Shown: in pieces, positions 12,172 to 26,725 of the stretch
Layout of the letters: each line of letters begins with the position of its first letter
Numbering within the stretch: position 1 is the first letter of the stretch
NCBI RefSeq assembly: GCF_032191835.1
Contig: NC_083243.1
Location: 190,712,001 to 190,776,000 of the forward strand
DNA length: 64,000 nt
Direction: 5' to 3'
Source: Heteronotia binoei
Lineage: Eukaryota
Position numbers and translations under genes: made by a program
The notes under the pieces: generated by a model
What the model was told of the DNA's origin: nothing
What the model saw: only the letters and a program-made list of their open reading frames with translations
Databases searched by the model: none

Positions 12172-12730
12172 TCTTTGAATTATGCTCTGGAGATAGGGTC
12201 CTAGTTGCGTAGAATGTTATGGCGGAGGCTCTTTGGGATTAACAGCAGCTCCTTCTACATGTCAATAGGGAGAAGTTTCACATTCCACAACGAAATAGTC
12301 TTGAACGATACTTCTATCCCTTCCTGAGCATGCCTCTCACTAAAGGTAGCCTGCACATTGGTACAACTGGCCTTTTTAAAATGTACCACAGTTCAGAGTC
12401 TCTTACGTTTGCTTCAATAGCAGTCAGGTTTTGCACAAATCCACTTCCAAGTTGGTTCGACAACAACTTCAAGCCAACAAAATGCACTCAAACTATATTC
12501 CTGCTCCTATCATCACCAGTTTGCAGTATGGTTTTCCCTTTGCCATTTACAAGAAGGGATGACTTTTCCTCCCCAAGGTGACTTTCTATGCCTGGACTGT
12601 AGCTGTCAGTGGGGGGAACACACTCTCTCTACCAAAAGGAGCTACTTTTCTACTCATATCTTGCAATCTAAATATTTATAAAAGAAAGACTGAGAGAGGC
12701 GAGAGAAGGAAAGGGATAAGGAAGACTCAC

Positions 12731-12855
12731 CTGAATCCTATCAGGTACTCCTGTACTGTCCATTCGACTGGCTACATTCACGGTGTTCCCCCAAATATCA
12801 TACTGGGGCTTGCGTGCTCCTATGACCCCAGCTACCACTGGGCCAATATTAAGCC
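12731..12855 (-). CDS. ADCY5: ADCY5 exon 20 (C2 catalytic domain)
   Basis: ttag acceptor and gtgag donor. (G)[41 protein letters not shown]. 125 nt, phase 1-0. Confidence 0.97.
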
Positions 12856-13639
12856 CTAACATTAGAAGAAAATAATAAGAACTTAGACATGAATGCATAA
12901 ACCGCTTCTGCAACCATTTAACTTTGTGGAATGGAGTTCTTTTTTAAAACAAGGTTAATTGATCACTGGATGCATGTCAGCTTTTGGGCAACCTGATGCC
13001 CAACTGAGTTGTCATCCAGCTTCAAAGCTTCCACTGAAGGAGATTCTACTGTATAAAAGCTCCAAGCATTTTCCCCCATTAATCAAATAATGTTAAAGCC
13101 GTCAGGTTCATCATGTGGACTGAGACATTTTCTCTATGCTGAAGCAAACCGGAGGGGGAGAGAAGATACTAAAAAGTGGTGTAGACATCTCTTTAACTGC
13201 AGGACATCTCAAGGTGATGTGACGGTTAGACTGCTGGACTAAAATTGGGAAGACCCTAGTTCAAATCCCCACTCTGAGTGCTACTGACTCAAGGTGAGCT
13301 TCAGGGTGTTTGTGAGAGTGAAGTGGAAAGGGGACTATAGGTGATGTGTTAAGTTCCTTGGATGATGGGCAAAATAAAATGCTACAAATGTATATATCTG
13401 TTCCTCAAGTTTGGCCACTCTGCAGATTGGGGCCACAATGACACGAAACAGATTTGCCTGCAAACTTGGGGGTTTGCAGAAAGATCTGAAATCTAAAAAA
13501 TATTGTTTTTAACCCCCCCCCCCCAAATAATAATAAAGCATATATTTTCTTCTTCAGAGCTGGTGGCAGCTGTGTCTGGGAGCTGTTCTGACTCTGGAGC
13601 AGCTTCCAGACACCACAGTTACTACAGCTGGTAAGGTAA

Positions 13640-13895
13640 GTGAGGAGGGGAGAGAAAGAGAGATTAGGGGAAATATTGACAATGGGAGGGAGAAGGAAAG
13701 AGAGGGGACTATCAGAAAAGGGGAGGGGAGAAATAGAGGGGGGTTAGGTTAACAGAGAATTGGGAGGGGAGAAAGGGGGGAATGTCAGAGAAGGGGAGGG
13801 GGAGGATGGGAGGAAGATTGATAGAGAAGAGAAGGGAGGAGAAAGCGAGGTGGGGAAGATTGACTGAAGAAGAGTGGGTGAGAAAGTAAAGAATA
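13640..13895. repeat. Polypurine (GA-rich) low-complexity tract
   Basis: About 250 nt dominated by G/A on +, with GGGAG/GAGAG motifs. Confidence 0.8.
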
Positions 13896-14985
13896 TTTTT
13901 AGAAGGGAATGCTCCCTCCTCAGAAATGTCTTGCAGGTCTCCATTTGTAAGTAAATATTATGATCTGTTATGGATAGACAGCTAAGTAAATTATTTAAAG
14001 CAGCCACTATACATAAGCTGTGATGTGTGCACTATATCCAAAACTCAGAAGCATTACTAGCTGAATGCAACAGGCATTCAATGGCAACTTACACTAAGAC
14101 TTTGAAATTTGTGACACTTCAGTTTGAATATCAGTCCCCCATACTGCGTAACTGCTTTTTAGAACTCCGGCTGAACTTTTATTTATTAACCAGACCTTTA
14201 TTAACCTTTATGTCCAGAAATAACATCATACATGTAATTGTGCAATTGTCCTCTAAAAAAAATGCAATCAAATCTTCCTCAACAAAAGGATTTGAAATGT
14301 TCTTCTGCTCAGTTTCCATTCTTTATTCTGGGTATTCTGTTTGAATAATGAGGGACCGAGATCTGTCGAGAGGCATCTGCTCCCAAAGCCCGAATGTGTG
14401 GCTTTTCTAGCCAAACAAATGGCTGGCCGTGTCAACTTTGATAGGGCTGATGAGGTGTTTGAAGGATGAGATGGGCACTGTCAAAACTGACTAGACAGCC
14501 CTACATGCTGGATTTAGAGATCCATCAGGGGCTGGGAACCACCCGTAAAAACACTAGGATACAAGTGTGAATCACATTTGCCGGATTAACGTAGAACTAT
14601 TCTTGTTCATTCTTTCCCACCAAAAGTGTACACCTCATCACTACCCACAGTTAAGGCTTTTTTAGACTTGAGTAAGATAGCTTGACAAGCTTCAAACATC
14701 ACAGAAGACTGATAAGCCGTGCTAACGGCTGTTGTCAACTATTGTGGTGAAAAGAAAATGGAGCTTTGTCTCTTGATTGACCTTTGCTCTTTCCACTGCC
14801 AGTGTACCTAAACTGGCACTCCCAGCTGGGAAGTTTATATAATTGGATGAAGTCTACACAGACGCTGACAGTGCCAACTAAATGCAGCTCACAAAAACAA
14901 AATCAATGACTGCTTTGCATTTCAGGGAGACAGCACCGCTGATTTCGTGACAGCTAACTAAACATTTGCATTTTTAACCGTATCA

Positions 14986-15327
<342 letters not shown>

Positions 15328-16224
15328 TTAAGGCTCAGACATACTAGTTCGTAGGCTGCGTAACTCTTCCTGGTAGCGCCTCTAATAAAGAAGGTTTATA
15401 TGAATGTGTGTGTTGATCCTGTAGAGACAGAATGGGGAGGAACCTGAGATCGAGGTTCTATTTGGCTTTCTACAAATTCATACCTCTTCAGAGTGCCGAG
15501 GAAAGCAAAGTTATTTATTCTGAGTTTTAGCAAAACTGCAACAGAACAAGACTTTCCATCACATTAGGACTGAAACTAGCAGGAGTACAGCACATACCTT
15601 TGGTATACAGTAAGATAAGATAAGTTTATTTTATTTTTAGTATCAGCTCTAATCAGCATTATGGTCATATGAAAGGTCTGGACTAGAGAGTAAGTTCCTT
15701 CCCTTGCAACCCCTTTCCAGGGCATCCATTGGCCTTTTTGAACAATAAAAGCCACAGAGACCTTAACATGCAGGGTGTAACGACTAACAATGGAGGACAT
15801 GACATTTTTCTAGCATGAGCCCAGCAAGTGGAAACATGCTTCAAGTGCTGTGGTCAGTTCATGCTTATGACCCTGTAGTGACATTGATCCATAGAAGCAA
15901 GCTAGTATTTGCTTCAAATTGACTACCCGTGGATCAGTAAGTGTAAACATATAGATCAGGATCCAAAGAACTGTGAACTTGCTCCTTGAGACCTTCAAAA
16001 TGGCTTTTTGGATCCCTTTGGTTGAATGGCCTCTTTAATGCATTATAAGGGTGTGAACTGTTTTGAATGAGTTTATAATTAAGCAGAATTATTAAGAAAA
16101 TAAGGGGGGAATTATAATTGATAAAATTAATCCAGCACAAAAGCGGGTGGCGTTCGAATCACACCAAAAGTTCATCTCCAAGATGAGAAACAGACCAACA
16201 TAAATTCGTACCGGTTTCCCTTTA

Positions 16225-16494
<270 letters not shown>

Positions 16495-19400
16495 CTATTT
16501 TTATGAGAGAGAGATGTGACTGCAAATCTGGTTTCTTCACAAAGGAAAGAGTCTGGAAACAAATACTAGGCTTAAGAAAGAACACTTCAATATACACAAT
16601 ATACACTATGACAATTTTGTTCTATTGAATAACTGTAACATGATTTTATTGTTTGTGTTGTGCTCCGCCCTGAGCCCCTATGGGGAAATGGGCGGAATAT
16701 AAATAAACTGTTAAAACACACACACACACTTTAAGCATGCTGTGTTGTGATGAGACAAAAGAGAACAGTGGCTTGGATCCTATACCTTTGTTCTGCACAT
16801 GCTTCTCTCCAGATGTTGCAGAGGCAGTCCTTCACTGTGGTACTTGGCACTTGGTGGCTCCCTGACAAATACTGGAATTGCCCAAACAGAAGTGTGTAGA
16901 ACTAAAGGAAGTGAGCTCTGCAGTAGAGGTTTGTGTGTAGAACAAAGATACAGGGTCCAGGTCCCTCTTTTTTTTTTTGCAAGCGTGTTCAGCAGCCCCT
17001 CAAAAGCAGGGGTTTTCCATCATTCTTTCTGAAAATGCCTGCTGAGGTTTTTAGAACTGTCCTCTGCTGCAGTTGTCCTTGAGACTGAGCCAAATCTTTT
17101 TTGTGATTTTGTTTACTGACATTCAGAGACATCATCCAATCAAGTTAGCACTGTGATATCACACCATTACCTACTGTATCCCCCACTGGATGGGATCCGC
17201 CTTATGACTAATCAGAAGAGCTTCGGTTCCGGGCGCTGGCTGCAGACGGCTGCATTCACGACTCTGATCAATGCTAAGTAGTTTTAAATACTTCCAAGAT
17301 ATTTTAAGCTGCTTTTTTAGCCCTTCTGTGTTTTACTTGATGATTGCAAGGACTTGGCATTGTTATTTTTAAGTACCGACAAGGAGTCGATTGTTTGCAG
17401 TCCGATCATGGGTACCATCTGGCCAGGAACAGTCAACTAATTTACAATTGGCCTTGAAGACTGGGAGTCTATTTTTGTTGTCGCTAACTTTCTATGTGGA
17501 GCTTTTTCACGTACAGAAAATTTGGGAACCTCTCCAAGTTGTAAAAGGTTACTCTACTTCTGCTGCTCTTTCCTCTCAGAAAAGGAGTTTTGGAGCAAAG
17601 AATATTTTTGCATGTATCATTCTAAGGTCTATTTAATCTTAATACTACTTGCCTTTGTCATGGCTTTGAAATCTGAACAACAATGGCTCCCGGCAAGCGT
17701 CCGAGGGATGCAGAGGAATAATCATCTATCCCTGCTAAGAAGCACTCTAAGATTGGGGATTTTTTAGTCTCCAATACCAAACAAAAAGCTTCTTCAACTG
17801 CTTTTGTTATTGAAACTACAAATCGCTTTTCTCCTTTGGAGTGTGAGATTGAGGAGGAGGCAATTAGCACTTTCGCCCAGAAGGACAAGGAGGACGAGGC
17901 TGACCCGAGGCATTTAAAAACACAGCAGACTCTTTCTGATAATGACGATATTATTAATTCCTCATTTGGACAAGCACTCCTTGAACTTACTGCCAGAACA
18001 GTTAAAACCCTCTTTGAAAACATAAAAAGTATTGTATAGGGTTTCAAACCTGGCATCTGATATAAAACTGCTAATTAATGCAACCAGAGAAATTCATCAA
18101 TCTCAACTGTCCTCAAAAATTCCAATGGCTAAAGAAAATTTAGAATCAAAGCCTAAAGCCTCCTCAGTATTCAACTCTGAGCTAGATGCAGTTGGTAAAT
18201 ACAGTAAAAAGCCACAAAAATTGATTTTTCAACCAAATAAAGTCTGTTTTACAATCTGCAGCTACAGAGGTAGGATTCCGAGCTGGAGGAACAGTCACCT
18301 AGTTAAATCTCATCTCTGTGAAGTTCTCTAGATTAATTATCAGATAATAGATTTGTTTAACATGGAATTTTTAAACCGTTCATTTCAGCCACAGTGAATT
18401 TTATTGACTTTCAAACCCCCTGATATTCCTATTCTAATTCAGAAGCAGAAAAAGTTTCTCTGGACAAAGGGGATATTCCCAGCTCGCTGTTTTGTAAATG
18501 CAACAATGGCTGAAACACCCCTGACTATAAAATAAAGAAGTTTTCCAAGTCTCAAGGAAAGCCAACAATTCCAGAAGTTCCACAGCTGGCTACACCCAAC
18601 AGAAAGTCCCTGATGGGTCTCAACAGAAGGACTTCAGAGATTCCAGTGGACAAGGATGAACAATTGGAACAAAATGTTCTATCTCTCAACTGTGAGCCAT
18701 TGGAAAACTATTGATATTGATCTTCTACACTCTTTTGGAAAGCTACCAACTATGGAGCAACACACAGTTATTGGGAGACTGGAACTTACTAAAAACTGTT
18801 TCCAATCACTTATAGAGACAGCAACTTGCCCACTTACCTCTAAGGATAATCCAATCCAAAATGAACATGAAAGTTTCACTATGGGAAATTCTCTTACTGA
18901 GACAAATTTAACTCAGCCTCCCAGTGAGCAGGCACAGGAACATTCAGAGCAACCAGGTTTTTTAAGTGCCAAACCCTCACCCCGACCTTCTTTTTCTGAC
19001 TCATTCAACATGGACACAATGACAGCCCAGCCTGAGACGCAGTCCTTGCAATGCAACGGCTGCATCTTCAATGATTCGCAGAAGTCACTGGATCAGATAA
19101 CAAGGATAGAGTGACCAACAAAGGAAACAGGAACTGGGAATTTACGGTGTTTCCTGGAACATAGCAGGCTGGAGAAACAAACCGTCTGATTTAGATTTTA
19201 TTAATTTCCTAAAATCTTTTGATTGTATCTTTTTACAGGGAACATGGTCTACAGAAATGCTAAGCTTTGCAGATTTTAGAGTTTTTAATCTTCCTGCGTA
19301 CAGAATTCACTCAAAAGGCCGATGTAAAGCAAGTCTAGCAATTTTGGTGAAATCCCATTTACAAATCAAGGAATCTGCTTTTAGTCCCTGTCCACCTGTA

Positions 19401-19763
19401 GCCCATGCATTGTTGTTGTCATTTACTGCACTTCATCTAATCACGGTTAATGTGTACATTCCATCCTCTAATGATGAACTAGAGTTAACTGCTTATTGGA
19501 AGAAACTTTCTGCATACATTTTGTCTATATCCAGGCAGTACTCTTTAGCCCAGATTATGATTGTGGGTGATCTGAACGCCAGAATTGGCTCTCCTCCTTG
19601 GGCTATGAGGACATAGAGACCTTACCTCTACAGCTTGGGCCGATGTACCATTCCGAGGATACACAACAAAGCTGGTTTAAGCCTACTAAAATTTTGTATC
19701 AAACGTGATGTCCAAATAGTTAATGGAATCCCCCAATTTCCGGCTGCCAGTGAATTTATATTT

Positions 19764-22555
19764 AAGAACATAAGAGAAGCCATGTTGGATTATATATATA
19801 CTGTGGCTAATAGCCACTGATGAACCTCTGCTTCATATTTTTATCCAATCCCCTTTTGAAGTTGGCTATGCTTGTAGCTGCCACCACCTCCTGTGGCAGT
19901 GAATTCCACATGTTAATCACCCTTTGGTTGAAGAAGTACTTCCTTTTATCCGTTTTAACCTGACTGCTCAGCAATTTCATTGAATGCCCACGAGTTCTTG
20001 TATTGTGAGAAAGGGAGAAAAGTACTTCTTTCTCTACTTTCTCCATCCCATGCATAATCTTGCAAACCTCTATCATGTCGCCCCGCAGTTGACGTTTCTC
20101 CAAGCTAAAGAGCCCCAAGTGTTTTAACCTTTCTTCATAGGGAAAGTGTTCCAAACCTTTAATCATTCTAGTTGCCCTTTTCTGCAAGTTTTCCAATGCT
20201 ATGATATCCTTTTTGAGATGCAGTGACCAGAATTGTACACAGTATTTCAAATGAGACCGCACCATCGATTTATACAGGGGCATTATGATACTGGCTGATT
20301 TGTTTTCAGTTCCCTTCCTAATAATTCCCAGCATGGCGTTGGCCCTTTTTTATTGCAATCGCACGCTGTCTTGACATTTTCAGTGAGTTATCTACCACGA
20401 CCCCAAGATCTCTTTCTTGGCCAGTCTCTGCCAGTTCACAACTCATCAACTTGTATTTGTAGCTGGGATTTTTGGCCCCAATGTGCATTACTTTGCACTT
20501 GGCCACATTGAACCTCATCTGCCATGTTGACGCCCACTCACCCAGCTTCAACAGATCCCTTTGGAGTGCCTCACAATCCTCTCTGCTTCTCACCACCCTG
20601 AACAATTTAGTGTCATCTGCAAACTTGGCCACTTCATTGCTTAATCCCAAATCCAAATCATTAATGAACAAGTTAGAGCATGGGACCCAGTACTGAGCCC
20701 TGCGGCACCCCACTGCTTACCGTCCTCCACTGTGAAGACTGCCCATTTATACTCACTCTCTGCTTCCTATTAATTAGCCAATTTTTGATCCACAAGAGGA
20801 CATGTCCTTTTACTCCATGACTCTCCAGCTTACTAAGGAGCCTTTGATGAGGAACTTTATCAAAAGCTTTCTGGAAGTCAAGGTAAACAACATATATCGA
20901 GTCCCCTTTGTCCATATGTTTGTTCAGCCCCTCAAAGAACGGTGACAGGTTAGTGAGGCAAGATCTTCCCTTATAGAACCTATGCTGAGTATTTCTCAAT
21001 GACCGTTTTCGCACACAGCTCACCTCGCAGTCACAATCCTGTTCCCTCCGCAGTGTCTGGTCGGATTTCCCACCATCTGCGCCGAAGTTACAGGAAGTGC
21101 TGCAGCTTTTGCATAGCAAAAAGTAAACCGCTAAAACCCAGTTTACGTTTGCTACGGAAAAGCCGCGGCACTTCCTGTAACTCCGGCGCAGATGGTGGGA
21201 AATCCAACAGACACTGCGGAGGGAATAGGATTGTGACTGCGAGGTAAGCTGTGTGCGAAAAAGGTTAATAACTTGTGTTCATCAATGTGCCTACTCATTC
21301 TGTCCTTGATAATGCTTTCAACCAACTTTCCCGGTATTGAAGTCAGACTGACTGGCCTGTAATTTCCCGGATCTCCTCTGGAACCCTTTTTAAAGATGGG
21401 GGTGACATTTGCTACCTTCCAGTCCTCAGGAACGGAGGCAGATTTCAATGAAACATTACATATTTTTGTCAAGAGATCCACAAGTTCAACTTTGAGTTCT
21501 TTCAGAACTCTTAGATGTATGCCATCCGGACCTGGTGACTTATTAGTTTTTAATTCGTCAATCAGTTGTAGGACCTCCTCTCTTGTTACCTCAATCTGAC
21601 TCAGGTCTTTCAACACCCCTTCCAAAATCAGCAGTTCTGGAGCGGGCAAACACTTCTCATCTTACACAGTGAAGTCTAAGGCAAAAAATGCATTCAGCTT
21701 CTCAGCCATTTCCCTAGCCTCCTTCAGTAATCCTTTTACCCCTTGGTCATCCAAGGGCCCCACTGCCTCCCTGGCTGGTTTCCTGCTTCTAATGTATCTG
21801 AAGAAATTTTTATTGTTGGTCTTTATGTTTTTTGCAATATGCTCCTCGTAGTCCCTTTTTGCCTGCCTGATCACAGTCTTGCATTTGATTTGCCACAGCC
21901 TGTGTTCCTTGTTATTAATCTCACTTGGATTGGTTTTCCACCGCTTAAAGGAGTCCTTCTTACCTTTTACAGCTTCCATTACTTTGTTTGTTAACCATGA
22001 AGGTCTTTTCTTATACCTGTTTATGCCTTTGCTAACTTGTGGTATATATTTTATCTGAGCTTCCAGGATTATAGTTTTAAATAGCCTCCAAGCTTCCCCA
22101 AGGGTTTTGACTGTATTTACCTTTCCTTTCAGTTTCCTTTTGACATGCCTCATCTCAGAGAATTTACCCCTTTTAAAGTTAAATGTGGTTGTGCTGGTCT
22201 TTTGGGGCAACTCCCTATTTATCCAAATGGTGAAATCAATAACGTTATGGTCACTGCTCCCAAGCGGTGTGATCACTTTTACATCTCTCACCAAGTCTTG
22301 GGTATTACTTAGGACCAAATCCAGGATCGCCCCACCCCTGGTAGGTTCTGTGACCATCTGCTCCATAGGACAGTCATTGAGAGCATTTAGAAACTCAATC
22401 TCTTTCTCTTGACCTGAACAAATATTGACCCAATCAATCTGTGGGTAATTAAAATCACCTATTACAACACAGTTTTTACGTTTGGCCACTATCTTTAATC
22501 CTTCCATCATATTATAATCGTCCTCTATCTTTTGATTTGGTGGGTGATAACAAAC
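19764..22555 (-). mobile_element. 5'-truncated CR1 LINE (ORF2: partial APE, RT, 3' UTR)
   Basis: Motifs VCYHPPNQ, GDFNYP, KSPGPDGIH, NYRPVSLTS, YLDFQKAFDKVPH, GVPQGSVLGP, FADDTKL and TRGHSMKL...WNSLP, followed by the CR1 3' tail. Several frameshifts. Flanked by ttt at 19761-19763 and 22556-22558. Confidence 0.96.
21001..21266. mobile_element. Palindromic MITE, 266 bp, 3-bp TSD (AAT)
   Basis: Long imperfect inverted arms (gaccgttttcgcacacagctcacctcgcag and ctgcgaggtaagctgtgtgcgaaaaaggtt). aat at 20998-21000 and 21267-21269. Removing the element and one TSD copy rejoins the CR1 sequence. Confidence 0.93.
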
Positions 22556-25500
22556 TTTGTATCCTTGTGGTAGCAGTGTGATAGATTATTGTCTATGCTC
22601 ACCAAATCTATTCCCATTTATTAACATTTCCATAGAACCACATACTGAAAGCGACCATCTTCCCTTAGTTTTTTACTTAAAGATGAACCCAATGGGAGTT
22701 AACTCTATACCATCTCAAAAGGAAAACATTTCTTGCCAGGTCATGAAAAGGATAAAGTGGTCTTTATCTCAAGGAAGAGATTTCATTGCTGTTTTTAAGT
22801 CTGGGAGGTTTAAAAAATTAGGAATGGCAATTACAAATTCAAATACGGTTGCTGAAGCCCTATTTGAACTTGCCTTGCTGATTAATCTTTGCAGCTCTAA
22901 AGCTGAGGTGGTGAAATTTGGTAGTCCTAATATGTTCAAATGGACTGCTATTCTTGGAAAAAGAAATTAAGAGCCTTATTTAAGGAAGCCCCATATGGTA
23001 GAGATCCACAGAAGCTATATGACTATTTAGAATATAAGAAATTCTTCTTAGAGGTTATTGCAAATAAGAAGAAAAAGTATTTTCAACATAATTGCGACCA
23101 ACTCCTTTACGCCATAAAATCTAATGATAGTAAATCCTTTTGGAGATTAGTTTCAGACAGCATGAAGCCTAGAGCATTTGTCAACCCTAACATTTCTCCA
23201 CAAACATGGGTTGACCATTAGTCTAAGATTTTTGAAGATCAAGTCATCCCCTCTACTGTTATAGATGCGTCTGTATTTTCTGATCTTCCTGTTCGGCCTC
23301 CTGTTGAACCTGACAAAATTATTGAGTTAATTGATGGTTTAAAAGTTGGCAAAGCACCAGGTCCTGACGGTCTCCCTGCTGAGATTTTTTTAAAAATTGC
23401 AGTCTGGTGGTCTGAACCTTTGGCCAACTTATTTACATTAACTGACCATTACGGAACTGTCCCAGATTCCTGGCTTAACTCCATAATTGTTCTCATCTAT
23501 AAAAACAGTAATTTAAATCTTCCCGAGAATTTTGGCCCCATTAGTGTATTATCCATTATGGGCAAACTATATGCAAAACATTTAGAATGTTGGCGGACAG
23601 ATTGGATACATTCGGAAAACATTACTGGCCTAGAGCAAATAGGTCTCCCCCCCCCCAAAAAAAAAATCTACTATTGATCGTTGTGTCACATTGGCTTTTC
23701 TGGCCGACAAATACATGAATACTAGAAAGGGGAAGCTCTATGTAGCTTTTATAGATGTGAAGAGTGCATTCGACTCTGTGGACAGAAACAAACTATGGAA
23801 TAAACTAAAGGATCTTAATATAGACCCCCGTCTGTTAAATCTATTAAATAATTTACATACAAATACAACTTGCCAGGTAAAATTCTCATCTATAGGACAC
23901 CTAACTGAAAAAAATACCCTTTTGTAAAGGAGTTAAACAAGGGTGTGTGTTAGCCCCACATCTTTTTAATCTTCTCTTAAATGATATGGCACAATATCTT
24001 AGTTCCATAAATGGGCACCCACCTAAGTTAAATGATCTCTCAGTCCCAATATTATTGTATGCTGATGATACAACTATACTTTCCTGCACAAGAGTCGGCC
24101 TGCAGCGATACCTGAAAGCTTTTAACAACTACTAACTCACTTGCTATAAACTATTCCAAATCTAAGGTTGTGTGTGGTCTTTTCTAAAAGTTGGTGACCA
24201 CAAAAATGGTATATAGGCAAGCAGGAAATTGAGCCATCCAAATGCTTTAAATATTTGGGCATAACCTTTAATTACAATCTCAAATGAGCAGTTCACTGTG
24301 ACAGAATAATAAATTTAGCTAGTTGTTCTTCATCTCAGATTAAACAGTTTTATTATAAAAAAGGTAACCAATGTTTGCCTGTTGCAATCAGAGCTTTTAA
24401 TGCTAAAACACTATCACAAATTTTGTATGGTATCCCTCTGTGGATTAATGCTGTGAACCAAAAAATAGAAAATATCCAGGCTGCATTTCTGCGACAACTT
24501 TTAGGAATCTCCAGCTGTGGTCCTTATTTTGTAATCTGTTCAGAAACAGGCCAATTTCTGATTGAAACAAAAGCTTGGACTCTAACGTTTATATATTAGT
24601 TACGGATATTCTATAGGGCTGAACCAGCTAGCTTGTTCAACTATCTAAAAAGGGACCCTTATAATGCTGCTTGGCAAGATGGAATCATGTTCAAACACAT
24701 GGGAATTGTAATTGACGATCTATTTTTATCTATTGAATTTTATAATTTTAGATTTATCAAACAGAGAATCTTAGATCTACAATCTCATAAACTGTGTCCG
24801 GTCCAATTTTATACCTGCTCTCCTGCCTCACTTGGACTTGATCAGACGCCCAGGAAAATGGCCAAATATTTATCTGAACTAGATAATCTGCAACATCAGA
24901 GAGCTTCTATGCTGGCTAGGATGAATGCATTTCCCTCCAGTGTTCTCTATGGGAGATTTCTTCAAGTCCCCTTTAGCAAGAGACACTGTCTATGCGGGTC
25001 AAGCTCGCCGGATTCCATCCAGCATATTTTATTGAACTGCCAACCGTATACTAATCTCCGGAAGGTTCTGTTAGATAGTCTTTCCTTACCATCCTACATT
25101 CAAGAAAATAGGATTGATTTCGGTTTCCTATTAAATGACAACATAATCGATATCACAAAAACTGTTGCCAAATTCTTGGCTGAAATGGTTAAAATTTATT
25201 CTAAGCAGATTTTATTGTGATCATAATCTTAGTTTAGCCTTTTATGCTTTGAACAGACATATCTGATTGTTGTTTGATTGATAAGTCTCTGTATATCTCT
25301 TTTCGTTATGCCAATAAAGGTGCGATTGGATTGGACTAACAAGGAAAATGAAACCACAGTAGCAGTCAAGAGGGAACATAGTATAGCCACAGGAATAACA
25401 AAGATGGAAAACAACAGAAAATAGTCACAAAAAAATTTAAAGGATAAATATCTACTTTCAGTTTAAAAAAAAAACTTGAATATTTCATGCATTCCTCATA

Positions 25501-25636
25501 CTGCACTCTGATGAAACATTGTTATTTATTGGAATAAAATTCTATGGAGTATTGCAGTTAATATTTTCAAATCTCTAATAATAAATATTAGTAGACAGTA
25601 GAAAAACTCTTCTGAAATCTTTACTGCTTGGACCTT

Positions 25637-25905
25637 GAATCACAGAATTATAGAGTTGGAAGGGATTTCCAGGGTCATCTAGTCTAACCCTCTACACAAT
25701 ACAAAACGCAGGAAACTTATAAATACCTCCCTACCCCCCCCCCCCAGTGACCCCTGCAGGCTCCATGTCCAGAAGATAGCAAAAAACCTCCAGGTTCTCT
25801 GGCCGAATTGGCCTGGAGAAAAATTGCTGCCTGACCCAAAAATGGTGAACAGCATTTCCCTGGGTGTGTAAGAAAGGGCCATGAGAACAAAGCACTGATA
25901 CAACA
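25637..25905 (-). mobile_element. CR1-type 3' end fragment (second subfamily)
   Basis: Reverse complement of the CR1-type terminus gggttagactagatgaccctggaaatcccttccaactctataattctgtgattc. A sister copy is at 56048-57388. Confidence 0.8.
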
Positions 25906-26096
25906 TTTGATAATCTCCCTAAGTACCCTAACTTGTTAGTTAGTTCTGGTTCAACCTTCTGGGGCAACAGACCTAATTAATCTTCTACAAAGTTGGTGCT
26001 GATGGGTCACTTAATTTATATTTGAAATTTATACACCTCTTTGTCTCACAAATGTACTCAAAGTGGTTTGGCAAGTAAGATAATCAGCCTGTAAAT

Positions 26097-26725
26097 CAGG
26101 GTGGGTAACCTCTGTCCCGAGGGCCATATACGGCCCTCGAGGTCACTTGGTGTGGCCCTCGGGGATTGCTGGACCGAACTGAGCCATGTGGCAGCCTCTC
26201 TGGGGTCTGGCTGGCCAGCGAGGACTGTGGGGCCCAGCTGCACTGTGCAGCAACCTCCCCAAGGCCAGGCAGGGATCACAGGGCCCAGATGTACTCTGAG
26301 GCAGCCTCCCTGGGGCCTGGACAGTCGGCCAGAATTGCTGCAGGGCCTGGAAAAGTTACTGCCACAGTTCAGTTTGCACTTGATTATCCCAGAGGGTGTG
26401 GCCTAATATGCTAATGAGTGTGTGACCTAATATGCTAATATTAGGAGAAGTGGCCTAATATGCTGAGTTTCTGCTGGGCTTTTTCTACAAAAAAGCCCCG
26501 GACCTAGGCATTTGCCTAGGGCAACAGGCCGTGTGTGGATGTGCCAGATTAGGCTCTCCCCACATGACTTCAAATAGAAAAACAATTATTTGCATTAATT
26601 TTGCTGGCCTGAATCATTCTCCCTCGGCGGAACACTGTTTTTAAAGTTGATAATTTTTTATGGCCTGTGAATGATGTTATAAATATCCATATGGCCCTTG
26701 GCAGAAAAAAGGTTCCCCAGCCCTG
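26097..26725. mobile_element. hAT MITE (composite, about 630 bp)
   Basis: TIRs cagggtgggtaacct and aggttccccagccctg. Perfect 8-bp TSD ctgtaaat at 26089-26096 and 26726-26733. A sister copy is at 42688. Confidence 0.93.

Larger units (their letters stand above)
17380..25335 (+). mobile_element. Near full-length non-LTR retrotransposon, RTE-X-like (ORF1 + APE-RT-CCHC ORF2), decayed and split by a CR1
   Basis: ORF1 runs from ATG 17683 (MAPGKRPR...TTNRFSPL) to about 19114. The APE domain includes SWNIAGW (19152), CIFLQGTW and VGDLNARIG, then GSSVIDY and SDHLP after the CR1. RT motifs are GVKQGCVLAPHLFN and LLYADD. The C-terminus has CLCGSSSPDSIQHILLNC, with the stop at 25220, AATAAA at 25313 and a (GATTG)n tail. 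The 5' boundary is approximate and the clade assignment is tentative. Confidence 0.8.

Noticed and set aside
17340-17390. acaagga (17379-17385) as the 5' TSD of the RTE-X-like element, matching acaagga after its tail
   Set aside because: A 7-nt match is weak, and CpG-rich UTR-like sequence extends further upstream (about 17200), so the 5' boundary is left unresolved.
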